Shown here: positions 17,875 through 26,473 of the stretch, in pieces | Numbering within the stretch: the first letter of the stretch is position 1 | Layout: each line of letters opens with the position of its first letter | From: an uncultured virus (IMG/VR IMGVR_UViG_3300020583_000016) | Taxonomy: Duplodnaviria; Heunggongvirae; Uroviricota; Caudoviricetes | Direction: 5' to 3' (one strand) | DNA: 64,000 bases | Virus record (IMG/VR): IMGVR_UViG_3300020583_000016 | Notes under the pieces: model-generated | What the model was told of the DNA's origin: nothing | Database searches by the model: none | The model's input: only the letters and a program-made list of their open reading frames with translations | Translations under genes and position numbers: made by a program

Positions 17875-19023
17875 TCAATTGACTATCCCTTCCCGTCTCA
17901 CTTCGTACGCTCCACCTTCAAGCAAAAGTCGTTTGTGCCGGCTGTCGAATAACAGCGTCGGCCGTTCTCCCGTCTCTTCCCCGAATTCGTGACGCCATTC
18001 GTCAACGTCGGGTTGCGGGACGTGTTCCTTGCGCTGCTTGTAATCGATGCGCCGGGCTTCCCCCAATTCAAAGACGCCGGCGCCCCGATCGTGCGCACCA
18101 AAACCGGAAAGCGAAGTGGTTAGGTCCTGATCACCGTCGACAAACCAAAGTTGTCGCGCGGAATCGTCAGAAACCAGAATCGGGAAAGGTTTTGCAAATG
18201 TGATCGATTGCACCTGTCCGCCGGCGCGCGGTTTCACGTAGAGCGCGAGCAGTTCACCGAGTTGCGCGTAATCGCCGGCCGGCATGTGCGGCTCGATCGT
18301 CGTTGTCTCCCATTCGACAGGGCGCCCGGTGAAATCTTCACGGATGCCCGCGGCGTCTGGATTCTGCCGGCGGATGGCTTTTTTCTGACGTGATCTCGGT
18401 CGACGGGTCCACGGATGAAACACACCGTTTTCGTAAGTTCCGAGTTCCACGTTCTTGCGTTTCTTTTTCAGCAACCCGGGAAGACTGGTCCCAATACTCG
18501 CGACGTCGAGCAGTGCACCGATGCCGGGATTTTGTCCTGGCGCAATTCCACCTTCGTCGATCCAGTCGTATTTGTGCTTCGAAGCTCGATCGCGTGTCAC
18601 ACGCACCAAGCCGGCAACCCGTTTCTGCTTCTGTGTGCGGATCAAACCTGGCGCCTGATAGCTGACACCCGCGGCGCGCGCGCGCAAAGAACTGAAGCGG
18701 TCGGGGTTCACGGGATTCTGCCGCGGCGTGCGGATCACAATCGTTGCGCCCGGGGGAAGCGAGATTTCGTGTGTGTTGACTTCGCTCGGGTTCGCTCCCA
18801 TCACTAAAAGTTCGTGCGGGTTCTTCTGCGCTTTCTTTTTCCGTTTGATCGGGTTCGTGCGCGGACTCATCACGATGTGCCGATAACCCTTGTTCGTGAG
18901 AGTCGATTTGATCCACGCGCCTTTTGTTTTCTTCTCTTTCGCAACCGCGTCTTTCTTGTCCTTGAATGATCCGTGAAACATGTAGCCATAGCCGGCGCCG
19001 GCGTTTTTCCGTTTGCGGCTCAT
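17875..19023 (-). CDS. Highly basic core/DNA-condensing-like protein with repeated NP motifs and a globular C-terminal domain
   Basis: Lys/Arg-rich N-terminal ~220 aa punctuated by RTNP, QKNP, RQNP and similar; homologue 52031..53194. Confidence 0.75.
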   Translation of the reverse strand: MSRKRKNAGAGYGYMFHGSFKDKKDAVAKEKKTKGAWIKSTLTNKGYRHIVMSPRTNPIKRKKKAQKNPHELLVMGANPSEVNTHEISLPPGATIVIRTPRQNPVNPDRFSSLRARAAGVSYQAPGLIRTQKQKRVAGLVRVTRDRASKHKYDWIDEGGIAPGQNPGIGALLDVASIGTSLPGLLKKKRKNVELGTYENGVFHPWTRRPRSRQKKAIRRQNPDAAGIREDFTGRPVEWETTTIEPHMPAGDYAQLGELLALYVKPRAGGQVQSITFAKPFPILVSDDSARQLWFVDGDQDLTTSLSGFGAHDRGAGVFELGEARRIDYKQRKEHVPQPDVDEWRHEFGEETGERPTLLFDSRHKRLLLEGGAYEVRREGIVN

Positions 19024-19099
19024 AGAAAGTTATCCATCGCGATCGGAACCGCGAGAAATCCGCGAAATCTCCGTGGTGGGACGTGTTGGGGAAATAGGC

Positions 19100-19813
19100 T
19101 CATAGCATTTCCCTTGCGAGCAGAAGTGCTCCAACCCCTCCAACGATCCACGGCAACCACGTGGTCCAGTCGCTACTTGTACTGGTTTGATCTGAAGTTG
19201 GTTGCTGTCCAGATCCAGAGCCGGTATCCGGAATTTCTGGCTGACCGGTCGGTGTGGGTGCTGCATTTCCGGGAACTTGGACGCTGGAGATTGAACTCGC
19301 GAGCGGCATCGATCCAGTCACTTGCCAAGCGGCATTGTCGACAATGGACGCGATATCGGAAGGCGCGTTGTAACCCATCCCGTTTGAAACTTGAATTGTT
19401 AGTTTCACGTTCACGGTATTGTTGAGAAGGAAGCGGTAAGCTGAGGACGAAACAGTCCGGACCGCAAGTCCCTCCCCTGAAAGAATCGAACTCACTTGTC
19501 CGATAATTTGCGTTGCGCCTTGCGTTCCATGCGGTACCCATGTGCCGGTGTAAGTAACAACCGACTGATCTGGAACGATGTCACCGAGAAAACCAAGAAA
19601 TGAAGCGGCCACACCGGCGAGGCCGTGAAGCTTTTGCCCTCCCTGCTGCGTGAATGGTTGCGCCTGTCCCATTCCCCGCAAGCGGTGCGGTCCGAACGGT
19701 CCGCGCGGCATGCTCACACCGCTGAGCCCTGCGGCCGCGGCGAAAGGATTCGTTGTCCCGTAGGGGCGATATCCGGTGCGGTAAAGCGATTTGTCGTAGG
19801 CGACGTGACTCAC
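19100..19813 (-). CDS. C-terminally anchored virion membrane protein
   Basis: LRGMGQ and LHGLAG motifs; terminal WLPWIVGGVGALLLA. Confidence 0.7.
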   Translation of the reverse strand: MSHVAYDKSLYRTGYRPYGTTNPFAAAAGLSGVSMPRGPFGPHRLRGMGQAQPFTQQGGQKLHGLAGVAASFLGFLGDIVPDQSVVTYTGTWVPHGTQGATQIIGQVSSILSGEGLAVRTVSSSAYRFLLNNTVNVKLTIQVSNGMGYNAPSDIASIVDNAAWQVTGSMPLASSISSVQVPGNAAPTPTGQPEIPDTGSGSGQQPTSDQTSTSSDWTTWLPWIVGGVGALLLAREML

Positions 19814-20214
19814 CGGCGTCGTCTCCCTCCTGGCGCGGCAAGTAACAACAGCGCGGCCGCGCCTGCAGCGATCAGCAACCACGATGAACTTCCCGAAAAG
19901 ATCGAACTCAATCCGGTGATCGGTACCGCAACCCGCGGCGCCGGTCCGGGCGCAAGTGTTGGCGGTGTGGTTGTGGCTGGCAGATTTAATTGAAAGGTCG
20001 GACTGCTCGTTGGAGTCGCCGGGGTCGACGTCGGCGCATTCATCGTCGGATAGCCTTGCGCGGCTGCTGCAGTCGGGGAAATCGGTCCGTAGTAGAGGTA
20101 TTGATCACCCGTCGCCGGCGGTGTGGTGTCGATGGCTGTCTGTAAACCGGGATCGTAGATATCGGGGATGTCTTGACCGAGCCCGTAGCGGTACGCGCGC
20201 ACAAGATTTCTCAT
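19810..20214 (-). CDS. Pro/Thr-rich C-terminally anchored protein
   Basis: YGLGQD motif; terminal TM plus RRRR. Confidence 0.7.
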   Translation of the reverse strand: MRNLVRAYRYGLGQDIPDIYDPGLQTAIDTTPPATGDQYLYYGPISPTAAAAQGYPTMNAPTSTPATPTSSPTFQLNLPATTTPPTLAPGPAPRVAVPITGLSSIFSGSSSWLLIAAGAAALLLLAAPGGRRRR

Positions 20215-21098
20215 CGCATCACCAACCAAACCGCGGCACCGATTAATAGCAATGGCATCAAACTGGACCCGCCAACGGTCATTGAACTGAGTGCGCTTGT
20301 CAGTCCGGTGCTCGAACTCGCCGGCGGGGTGAAATCGAGTGTGTAGGCTCCGCGGTTTGAAGTTCCGTAACTCGATCCGGATACTTTCGGGATCTCTGCG
20401 ACATAGGGGCCTTGTGTGCTTCCGGATGCGCCCTGGAGTGCGGCAAGGACTCCGTTTGGCCCAGTAATGCCCGGTTCAAGCTGGTAACACGCGACACAAC
20501 AGCCGGCGCCGATCGAACCGACACACGGTTGCTGCCCGGGATTTTCCACCGGGCAACTCATTCCGTTCGAGCATCCGTTGCGCCCGGGTTGGATCTGCGG
20601 ACCCACCACAGTCCAGTACCCGGGCATTACACCTTGCTCGATCGCGTTCGCTGCATCGGTCGCAGAGATCTGACCGGCTTTGTAGGCTTGCCAAACTTGT
20701 TTCAGGTCGGAATCGAAACCGCTCACCGCGATATTTACCGCGGAGTTTTCGTTTTTCGCTTGCTTCGCTCTCAGTTCATGGCCGGCGAGGAGTCCACCGA
20801 TTAAACCGACCACGAGGCCGACACCGGCACCGATCGGGCCGGCAAAGGAACCCGCGGCCGTCGCGGATGCAATCGCACTCGCACTCGCTGCGGCGATCGG
20901 CGCCGATGCGGCAACGATTGCGCCCGGGGTGGCACCGAGGCCGGCGAGCTCGTGATAACTGAGTTCTCGAAACGGAGTCTTCGGCGCGAGCGTGACTTTG
21001 CTCGGCCGGCGATCGCGCACAATGACCGGGCCACACAGATGCGGAGAAAACTGGTACATCGGGGTTTCTGGCGCGATTACTCGAGGCGCGGCGCTCAC
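20211..21098 (-). CDS. Cys-containing membrane protein with two hydrophobic segments
   Basis: AGPIGAGVGLVVGLIGG; six Cys conserved in copy 2; terminal TM. Confidence 0.75.
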   Translation of the reverse strand: MSAAPRVIAPETPMYQFSPHLCGPVIVRDRRPSKVTLAPKTPFRELSYHELAGLGATPGAIVAASAPIAAASASAIASATAAGSFAGPIGAGVGLVVGLIGGLLAGHELRAKQAKNENSAVNIAVSGFDSDLKQVWQAYKAGQISATDAANAIEQGVMPGYWTVVGPQIQPGRNGCSNGMSCPVENPGQQPCVGSIGAGCCVACYQLEPGITGPNGVLAALQGASGSTQGPYVAEIPKVSGSSYGTSNRGAYTLDFTPPASSSTGLTSALSSMTVGGSSLMPLLLIGAAVWLVMR

Positions 21099-21982
21099 CG
21101 TTTCCCCCTGGTCATCATCACCAACGCAAACGCGGCGGCACCGAGTGCAACCCACTGGTTTGAAATGTTGGGAATGATGGTCGACTCCGATAGCCAATCC
21201 GCGAAGCTTGTTCCCGTCGTTGTGGTTCCCGGTGTGAGCCCTGGGACTATCTGTCCTTGGCTCGGCAAGAAATCTGCGGCGGTCGCGTTCACTGCCGGCG
21301 CCGGCGTGGGCGCGACCGCGGGCGCGGAATACGGTGTCACGTAGATCGGGCCAGGGCTCTGAAACTGCGGGGGCTGTGCGACTACGTTGGTTGCTCCCGA
21401 TCCGCCCGAAGGAATTGTTGCGAGCGGCGGGTACATATTGAAATCGTAGGGATAGAGCGGACGCGGGATGGGCCGCGGCATCGGTACCGGCCGGCGCAGT
21501 GCGATCGAGTTGCCCGGCATGAGTCCACTCGGCGCGGCACCGAGCGCGCGATAGTTTCCTGGCGCTTCTGCGAAGCCGGCGGAAACTCCGTCCTCGGTTC
21601 CGAAAATTACGTTCTGACCGCCGGAAGCATTTGGTCGAGGCCGCATCTCAGACGGCGAGCGGTAGACGTAATCCTCCGAGTGCGTCTGTCCTCCCTCGAA
21701 TGCGGTACCGCCCCACTCTTTTGCCCACGGTCCGCGTGAGCTCCCCTGTCCGGGCAGGATGGAATGTCCCGACGGTCGTTTCTGTGGGCCGTCTGAAATT
21801 TCACTTCCGCCCGCCGGCCATCCGCCTTGGCCGCGGTCCCACGATTGTGTGGAATCCGGGCCGATGAATCCGTGATACTGCCCACCTTCCGGACCGCCGG
21901 GAATTCGCAACCGCCAACCGCTCCACGCAAAATCGGGTGCTGAGCGATAGCCGTGGAATCCTGGCATGCGTACCCGGCTCAT
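21095..21982 (-). CDS. Gly/Pro-rich C-terminally anchored protein
   Basis: Homologue 55193..56248; terminal WVALGAAAFALVMM plus basic tail. Confidence 0.75.
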   Translation of the reverse strand: MSRVRMPGFHGYRSAPDFAWSGWRLRIPGGPEGGQYHGFIGPDSTQSWDRGQGGWPAGGSEISDGPQKRPSGHSILPGQGSSRGPWAKEWGGTAFEGGQTHSEDYVYRSPSEMRPRPNASGGQNVIFGTEDGVSAGFAEAPGNYRALGAAPSGLMPGNSIALRRPVPMPRPIPRPLYPYDFNMYPPLATIPSGGSGATNVVAQPPQFQSPGPIYVTPYSAPAVAPTPAPAVNATAADFLPSQGQIVPGLTPGTTTTGTSFADWLSESTIIPNISNQWVALGAAAFALVMMTRGKR

Positions 21983-22140
21983 GCTTCACCTACTTGGTCG
22001 AAAAAATAGGCGAGTGCGGCAAAGTCATCGACGGGAAGTTGCTCAAGGAAAAACCCGCATTCAAACGCACGCAGGAGCAGGTACTTGATGTGATCGGGCG
22101 GAAGTCCCTTCGTCTCGTGGCCGTAAACCGTCGTGTTCAT
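21979..22140 (-). CDS. Small hypothetical protein
   Basis: Fills the operon gap with ATGA overlaps; positional counterpart 56245..56403. Confidence 0.5.
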   Translation of the reverse strand: MNTTVYGHETKGLPPDHIKYLLLRAFECGFFLEQLPVDDFAALAYFFDQVGEA

Positions 22141-23084
22141 CGGCGCCCCATTGCGAGAAGCACAACCCCGCCGATCAAAAGCCATGGCAACCATGAGCCG
22201 CTCGTCGTGAGTCCCACTTGGCTCGTGTACCCGGGATAGCCGGCTTGTGGTCCCGCGTAACCGGGAGTGAGAGGAGAGGCGAAACTCGAGTACGGTCCGG
22301 TGGCAACAACCGACGTCGGGGTTTGAAACTTGATTGGTTGTCCGGAAGATGCGGCGATGAGGGCAGGTGTTTCTTGAAGTCCAGTCTGTAGGATCGAGCC
22401 CCAATCAATTGAGCCATCGTCCTGCCCGAGTGTTACGACACCGGCGAGGCCTGAGAACTTGGATCTGGATCCGCACCCACAGCGACCGCCACAATGACAA
22501 CCGCTGAGATCTTGATAACTCGAATCCGTCAGACTCCACACCCGTTTCCGGAAATACACCGGCGGTTCGACACCGAACTGCGCACCGTAGCGCGCGGCGT
22601 CCATCGCGTACCACTGTCCGGATCCTGGCGGGTTCTCGGCTTCAAGGTAAACGTGAGAAAACTCGTCCGGTGAGGTCTGGTTTGCGGCGATGGTGGCAAG
22701 ACGTGCGGGAAAACCGAGTGCAATCACCAGCGCGCCCATGAGCATCGCGATGTCGTCGCAATCGCCGGCGCGAATTTTCAATAGATCCTGTGGGGAATAA
22801 AGCTTTTCCTTGGTGACCGGATCCATCGTGTAACGGATGTTGCGCTGTACCCACTGATAAACCGCCTGGAGTTCACCCTGATGATCGAAGGGCGCGACAC
22901 CGCGCACGATCTCGATCGCAAACCGAACAAAGCTCGCATCCGATACCGCCTGGTCGATAAGCTTCCGCATCACCGCGATGGTTTGCTTGGTTCCTCCGGC
23001 GCCGGAGGCAAGGGGTGCGCGATAAGTGAGCCCTGGGTTCGGGGAGACTGCGGCGGAAGATGATCCGATGAAAACGGGATTCAA
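22137..23084 (-). CDS. Transglutaminase-like cysteine protease with C-terminal membrane anchor (candidate maturation protease)
   Basis: WVQRNIRY..D, GDCDD, SHVYLE, AMDA give a Cys-His-Asp triad; terminal TM WLPWLLIGGVVLLAMGRR. Confidence 0.85.
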   Translation of the reverse strand: MNPVFIGSSSAAVSPNPGLTYRAPLASGAGGTKQTIAVMRKLIDQAVSDASFVRFAIEIVRGVAPFDHQGELQAVYQWVQRNIRYTMDPVTKEKLYSPQDLLKIRAGDCDDIAMLMGALVIALGFPARLATIAANQTSPDEFSHVYLEAENPPGSGQWYAMDAARYGAQFGVEPPVYFRKRVWSLTDSSYQDLSGCHCGGRCGCGSRSKFSGLAGVVTLGQDDGSIDWGSILQTGLQETPALIAASSGQPIKFQTPTSVVATGPYSSFASPLTPGYAGPQAGYPGYTSQVGLTTSGSWLPWLLIGGVVLLAMGRR

Positions 23085-23378
23085 CGATCACACTCGCTTG
23101 GGGAAAAAAATTGCTTCGCGCAGTATTCCGTGCCGGAACCGCAAGGGTTTACCGGTGATTCGCACCGCGCGAAGCGGGGAGTCAAAGTTAAGCAGCGAAT
23201 CGCGTGCAACTCTGACGGAATGTTCTAGTTACAGTCAACCTTAACAGTGCTGCACTAGGTTCAGCACTGGTCCTGCACTGGGGGTGCACGGGGCAGCACT
23301 TTTCATTGCGCCGGCTGTGGAAAACCTGTATAAGCGTTTTGAGCGGCCGCCTTCCGTGGGTGCCGGTGCAGAATTCCG
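23085..23378. promoter_or_regulatory. Divergent control region of the structural operon
   Basis: Lies between divergent operons; conserved hairpin and CTGTGGAAAACCTGTATA block shared with 57360-57645. Confidence 0.6.
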
Positions 23379-24730
23379 TGTCTACTGCTACCGATATCCC
23401 CGAAATCGGCAAAACCGTGAAAAAAACCACGGTGACGACCGTCATTCCTTCCGATTCCGTTTCCCAACCAGAAAAACTTGATTTTTGGGACTACACGAAA
23501 GGGCTTCCCCCTGAATGGGGCAGTCCTCCCGATCGGCATTTGCTCTATGTCTACCGTGTGACGGCTGAAACTGGTCCTCTACAACCACTTGAGAAGTGCA
23601 CCCGTATGACGTTGCAAGATAACACTCAAGTGGATGTGCGCAATCGTGAGGAATTCGAATTCGGCTTGTTCGGAAAGTACGGCGGGGGAACGTATTTACT
23701 GATTCTGAAACGGGGTGCGGAACGGGCTGCGCAAATTAGGGTGCGCTTCGACGGACCACCGAAAAACACTCAACCAGGCATCCTGGCCGACGCTTCGGCG
23801 CAAGCGAACCCGAGTCAGACTGGCGATGCGAAAAGCGATGTTGCGATCAGTGCAATGAATCTAGTCGGAAACCGCGATGCCGAAGCGGTGAACGTCGCTA
23901 TCAGCGCGTTGCGGGGTGCCTCCGACGTCGTACAGCGTTTCAGCAAGGAGAACGGCAACGGCGGAAGCATGAACGACATGCTCATGCAGGCGATGATTCA
24001 ACGGCTGCTCGCACCGCAACCGGATCCGATCGAAGCTCTGGGCAAAGTGATTGCTGTGTTTCAAAGTATTAACGGGGTCTTGAATCCGGCTGCGTCTCAG
24101 AACCCTACCCTGGCAAAGATTTTGGATACTGCGGTCGACCGGATGATGAATCCTCTACCGAGCGGGCCGGCGACGTCGACCGGCGCCGAACTTGTGCGGC
24201 AACTTCCGCAGATTGGCGGATACGTCGCGGAAGCAATTCGGGAATGGCGTGTAGGCACCGAAGCGCAACTGCAGACCGCGCACATCATGGCGTCACAGCG
24301 CCCCGCACTCCCACCGGGAAATGGAACCGGGCAACCGGCGCCAGGTCAACCCGGACGTTCGATTACACAAGCCACACAAATTTCTGCGCCGGCCGCGGCT
24401 CCATCTTCGGCACCCGCGCCGGGAGCGTTACCGATGGGTGCACCGTCTCTGGAATTCATCGAGTCGAAAATTGTTGAGATTTTACAGCGCGACATTCCAA
24501 CCGCGGAAGCCGCCGACGAAGTGCTTTCGTTCCTCGATCTGATGGCGCCTTCGATGGTCGAGCAGCTCGCGCAACTCAACGAAACGCAACTCATGCAGGT
24601 TTTTCAGTCGCGGCCGACCTTGCGCCAGTATCACGATCTGGCGCGGCTGCAAGAATTTGTGCGGGCGTTCCTGAAGTACGCGAAACCGGAACCCGCCCCG
24701 AGTGTTGATACAGCGTCCAAACCTAACTAG
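23379..24730 (+). CDS. Large helical hypothetical protein
   Basis: Homologue 57646..58969 (KYGGGTY.LILK.G.ER; RLQEF.RAFLKY). Confidence 0.8.
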
Positions 24731-24830
24731 CGAATCAGTCGCGGAAAGGATCGGGGAAAAGCCAGAGCGGGAAAGCCGGCGGTTCTGTTTTGGCCGCCGG
24801 GTTCTCAACCCGGCCGATCCGAAGACCCGA

Positions 24831-25043
24831 ATGTTACTCACTGAGCAGAGAGACAAGAAAATCATGTGTGTGGACTGCCGACAGGAATTCGTTTGGACGG
24901 CGGATGAACAGAAATTTTATGCAGACAAGGGGTTCACCAACGAACCCAAGCGTTGCCGAGACTGCCGCAGCGCAAAAAAGATTGCCGGCGGTGGTGCTCG
25001 AGACAACTCTCGAAACGGCGCCCGCGCATCCCGCAGCCGGTGA
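24831..25043 (+). CDS. Zinc-ribbon protein (zf-trcl-like)
   Basis: DKKIMCVDC..EFVWTADEQKFYADKGFTNEPKRCRDC. Confidence 0.85.
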   Translation: MLLTEQRDKKIMCVDCRQEFVWTADEQKFYADKGFTNEPKRCRDCRSAKKIAGGGARDNSRNGARASRSR

Positions 25044-25227
25044 TTGTGCGTGCTCTCGCATTCGCCTGGCGTCGCAGGTGCTTCGCGAACTGCTGCTGAA
25101 AGATGAACTCGCGTTCGGCAAAACCCTTGTGATCGGTGTCGTAGCAACCCGGCTCGATGAGATGCAAGCCGAGCTCGAGCAACTCGCCGGCATGCAACGG
25201 TTGTTTGAAACCTGGATTCAGGATTGA
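24982..25227 (+). CDS. Small helical protein (start uncertain)
   Basis: IRLASQVLRELLLKDELAFGK conserved in copy 2 (ends 59469). Confidence 0.55.
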   Translation: MPAVVLETTLETAPAHPAAGDCACSRIRLASQVLRELLLKDELAFGKTLVIGVVATRLDEMQAELEQLAGMQRLFETWIQD

Positions 25228-25286
25228 GCAAGTTCTTTCAAAGGATCCACGATTTTTTAGACCGCAAGTATCCGAAAAGAGGTTCT

Positions 25287-25736
25287 ATGACGTTTCTCAA
25301 AAAGCTCGGTTCCGCACTCGCGCAAGGCATCGCGCTCGCTACCGGCATGTGGCCGTTGGTTTCAAAGTTCTTCGGCGCCGGCACTGCGGCATCACAAACC
25401 GCGAACACGGTGGTAAACGATCTCACCGCGATCGGGCAAGTGGTGGTTCAAGCTGAGGCAATGTTTCAGGGGACGGGCACGGGGCCTTCTAAGTTGGCCG
25501 CGGCGACACCGCTGGTTGCCAACATCATCAAAACTTCGGAACTCGTGGCCGGTCACAAGATTTCGAACGAAGCAGCGTTCACGGCTGCATGTCAGGCGAT
25601 CACGTCGGACGTTGCGAACCTGCTGAACTCGCTCGATTCGAACACCGTGCAAACCAGTGGGAAACCGTTGCAGGTTCCGCCGGTCGACACATCCACACGG
25701 ACAGCGCTTGCGGCGGCTGCACCCACTCAGGCGTAA
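25287..25736 (+). CDS. Ala-rich amphipathic protein
   Basis: MTFLKKLG after GAGG RBS; near-identical to 59529..59945. Confidence 0.75.
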   Translation: MTFLKKLGSALAQGIALATGMWPLVSKFFGAGTAASQTANTVVNDLTAIGQVVVQAEAMFQGTGTGPSKLAAATPLVANIIKTSELVAGHKISNEAAFTAACQAITSDVANLLNSLDSNTVQTSGKPLQVPPVDTSTRTALAAAAPTQA

Positions 25737-25928
25737 GCGTGAGTCAGTATCCGCCAATTCGCATTCTCATCGAATTGCTCGAACAATCGAAACTTTTCGA
25801 TGAACGGATTGAAAATGATTCTATTTGGATTTCGGGCACGCGGAACGGTGTGGCTTTTACCTGTCAGTTCAACATCGACAATGCGCGAGGGCTACACGAT
25901 CAAATGTGGAATTACTTGGGGCTGAACA

Positions 25929-26099
25929 ATGGTCGAACCACTGAAACCAGAAACCCTGGCGGATCTTAAACGCTACATCCTTGCGACGAAGGGTGTTCTA
26001 GGTGCGATGCACCTTGAAACCATCGAATCGAAATGTCCGTGCGAAATCTGCGCGTGCATCCGCATCGCGATTTCGAACGAAAACGCGCCACGCGCATGA
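25929..26099 (+). CDS. Small Cys-motif protein
   Basis: CPCEICAC; conserved at 59950..60126. Confidence 0.65.
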   Translation: MVEPLKPETLADLKRYILATKGVLGAMHLETIESKCPCEICACIRIAISNENAPRA

Positions 26100-26473
26100 G
26101 TGAACCGGTCGAAATCTATCGGGATGTGCAGATCGATGAACTGATAGGCGAGTTGCGCGTTTTGCAAGGCGAGCTCTGCGAACTCCGGTGGACTCTCTAC
26201 AACGGTTCGAGGTCGAATGCGGGTGAGCTTAATCATCTAAGTTCGACTGTCGCAAGTTCTGTTTCTGAACTCAATCGAACGATTCGGCAAACGTTCGTGC
26301 CGTGGTATCTGCGTCTGTGGTATGCCCTGCGAGGAATGCCTCAGAGTTTTCAGTTACGAATGGCTGCGAAGCGGGCGAAAGCGCAAGAAGCGATGCGGAA
26401 GAAGCAAGTCATTGAAAATGCACAACGCATGCAAGCCGGAGGATTCCACCGATTCCGGAGTCGCTACCAGTGA
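26096..26473 (+). CDS. Copy 1-specific protein ending GFHRFRSRY
   Basis: ATGA/GTGA-coupled on both sides. Confidence 0.65.
   Translation: MSEPVEIYRDVQIDELIGELRVLQGELCELRWTLYNGSRSNAGELNHLSSTVASSVSELNRTIRQTFVPWYLRLWYALRGMPQSFQLRMAAKRAKAQEAMRKKQVIENAQRMQAGGFHRFRSRYQ

Noticed and set aside
4550..23084. Tailed phage, contractile injection system or conjugative element
   Set aside because: No terminase, portal, sheath, tape-measure, relaxase or VirB-like motifs were recognised.
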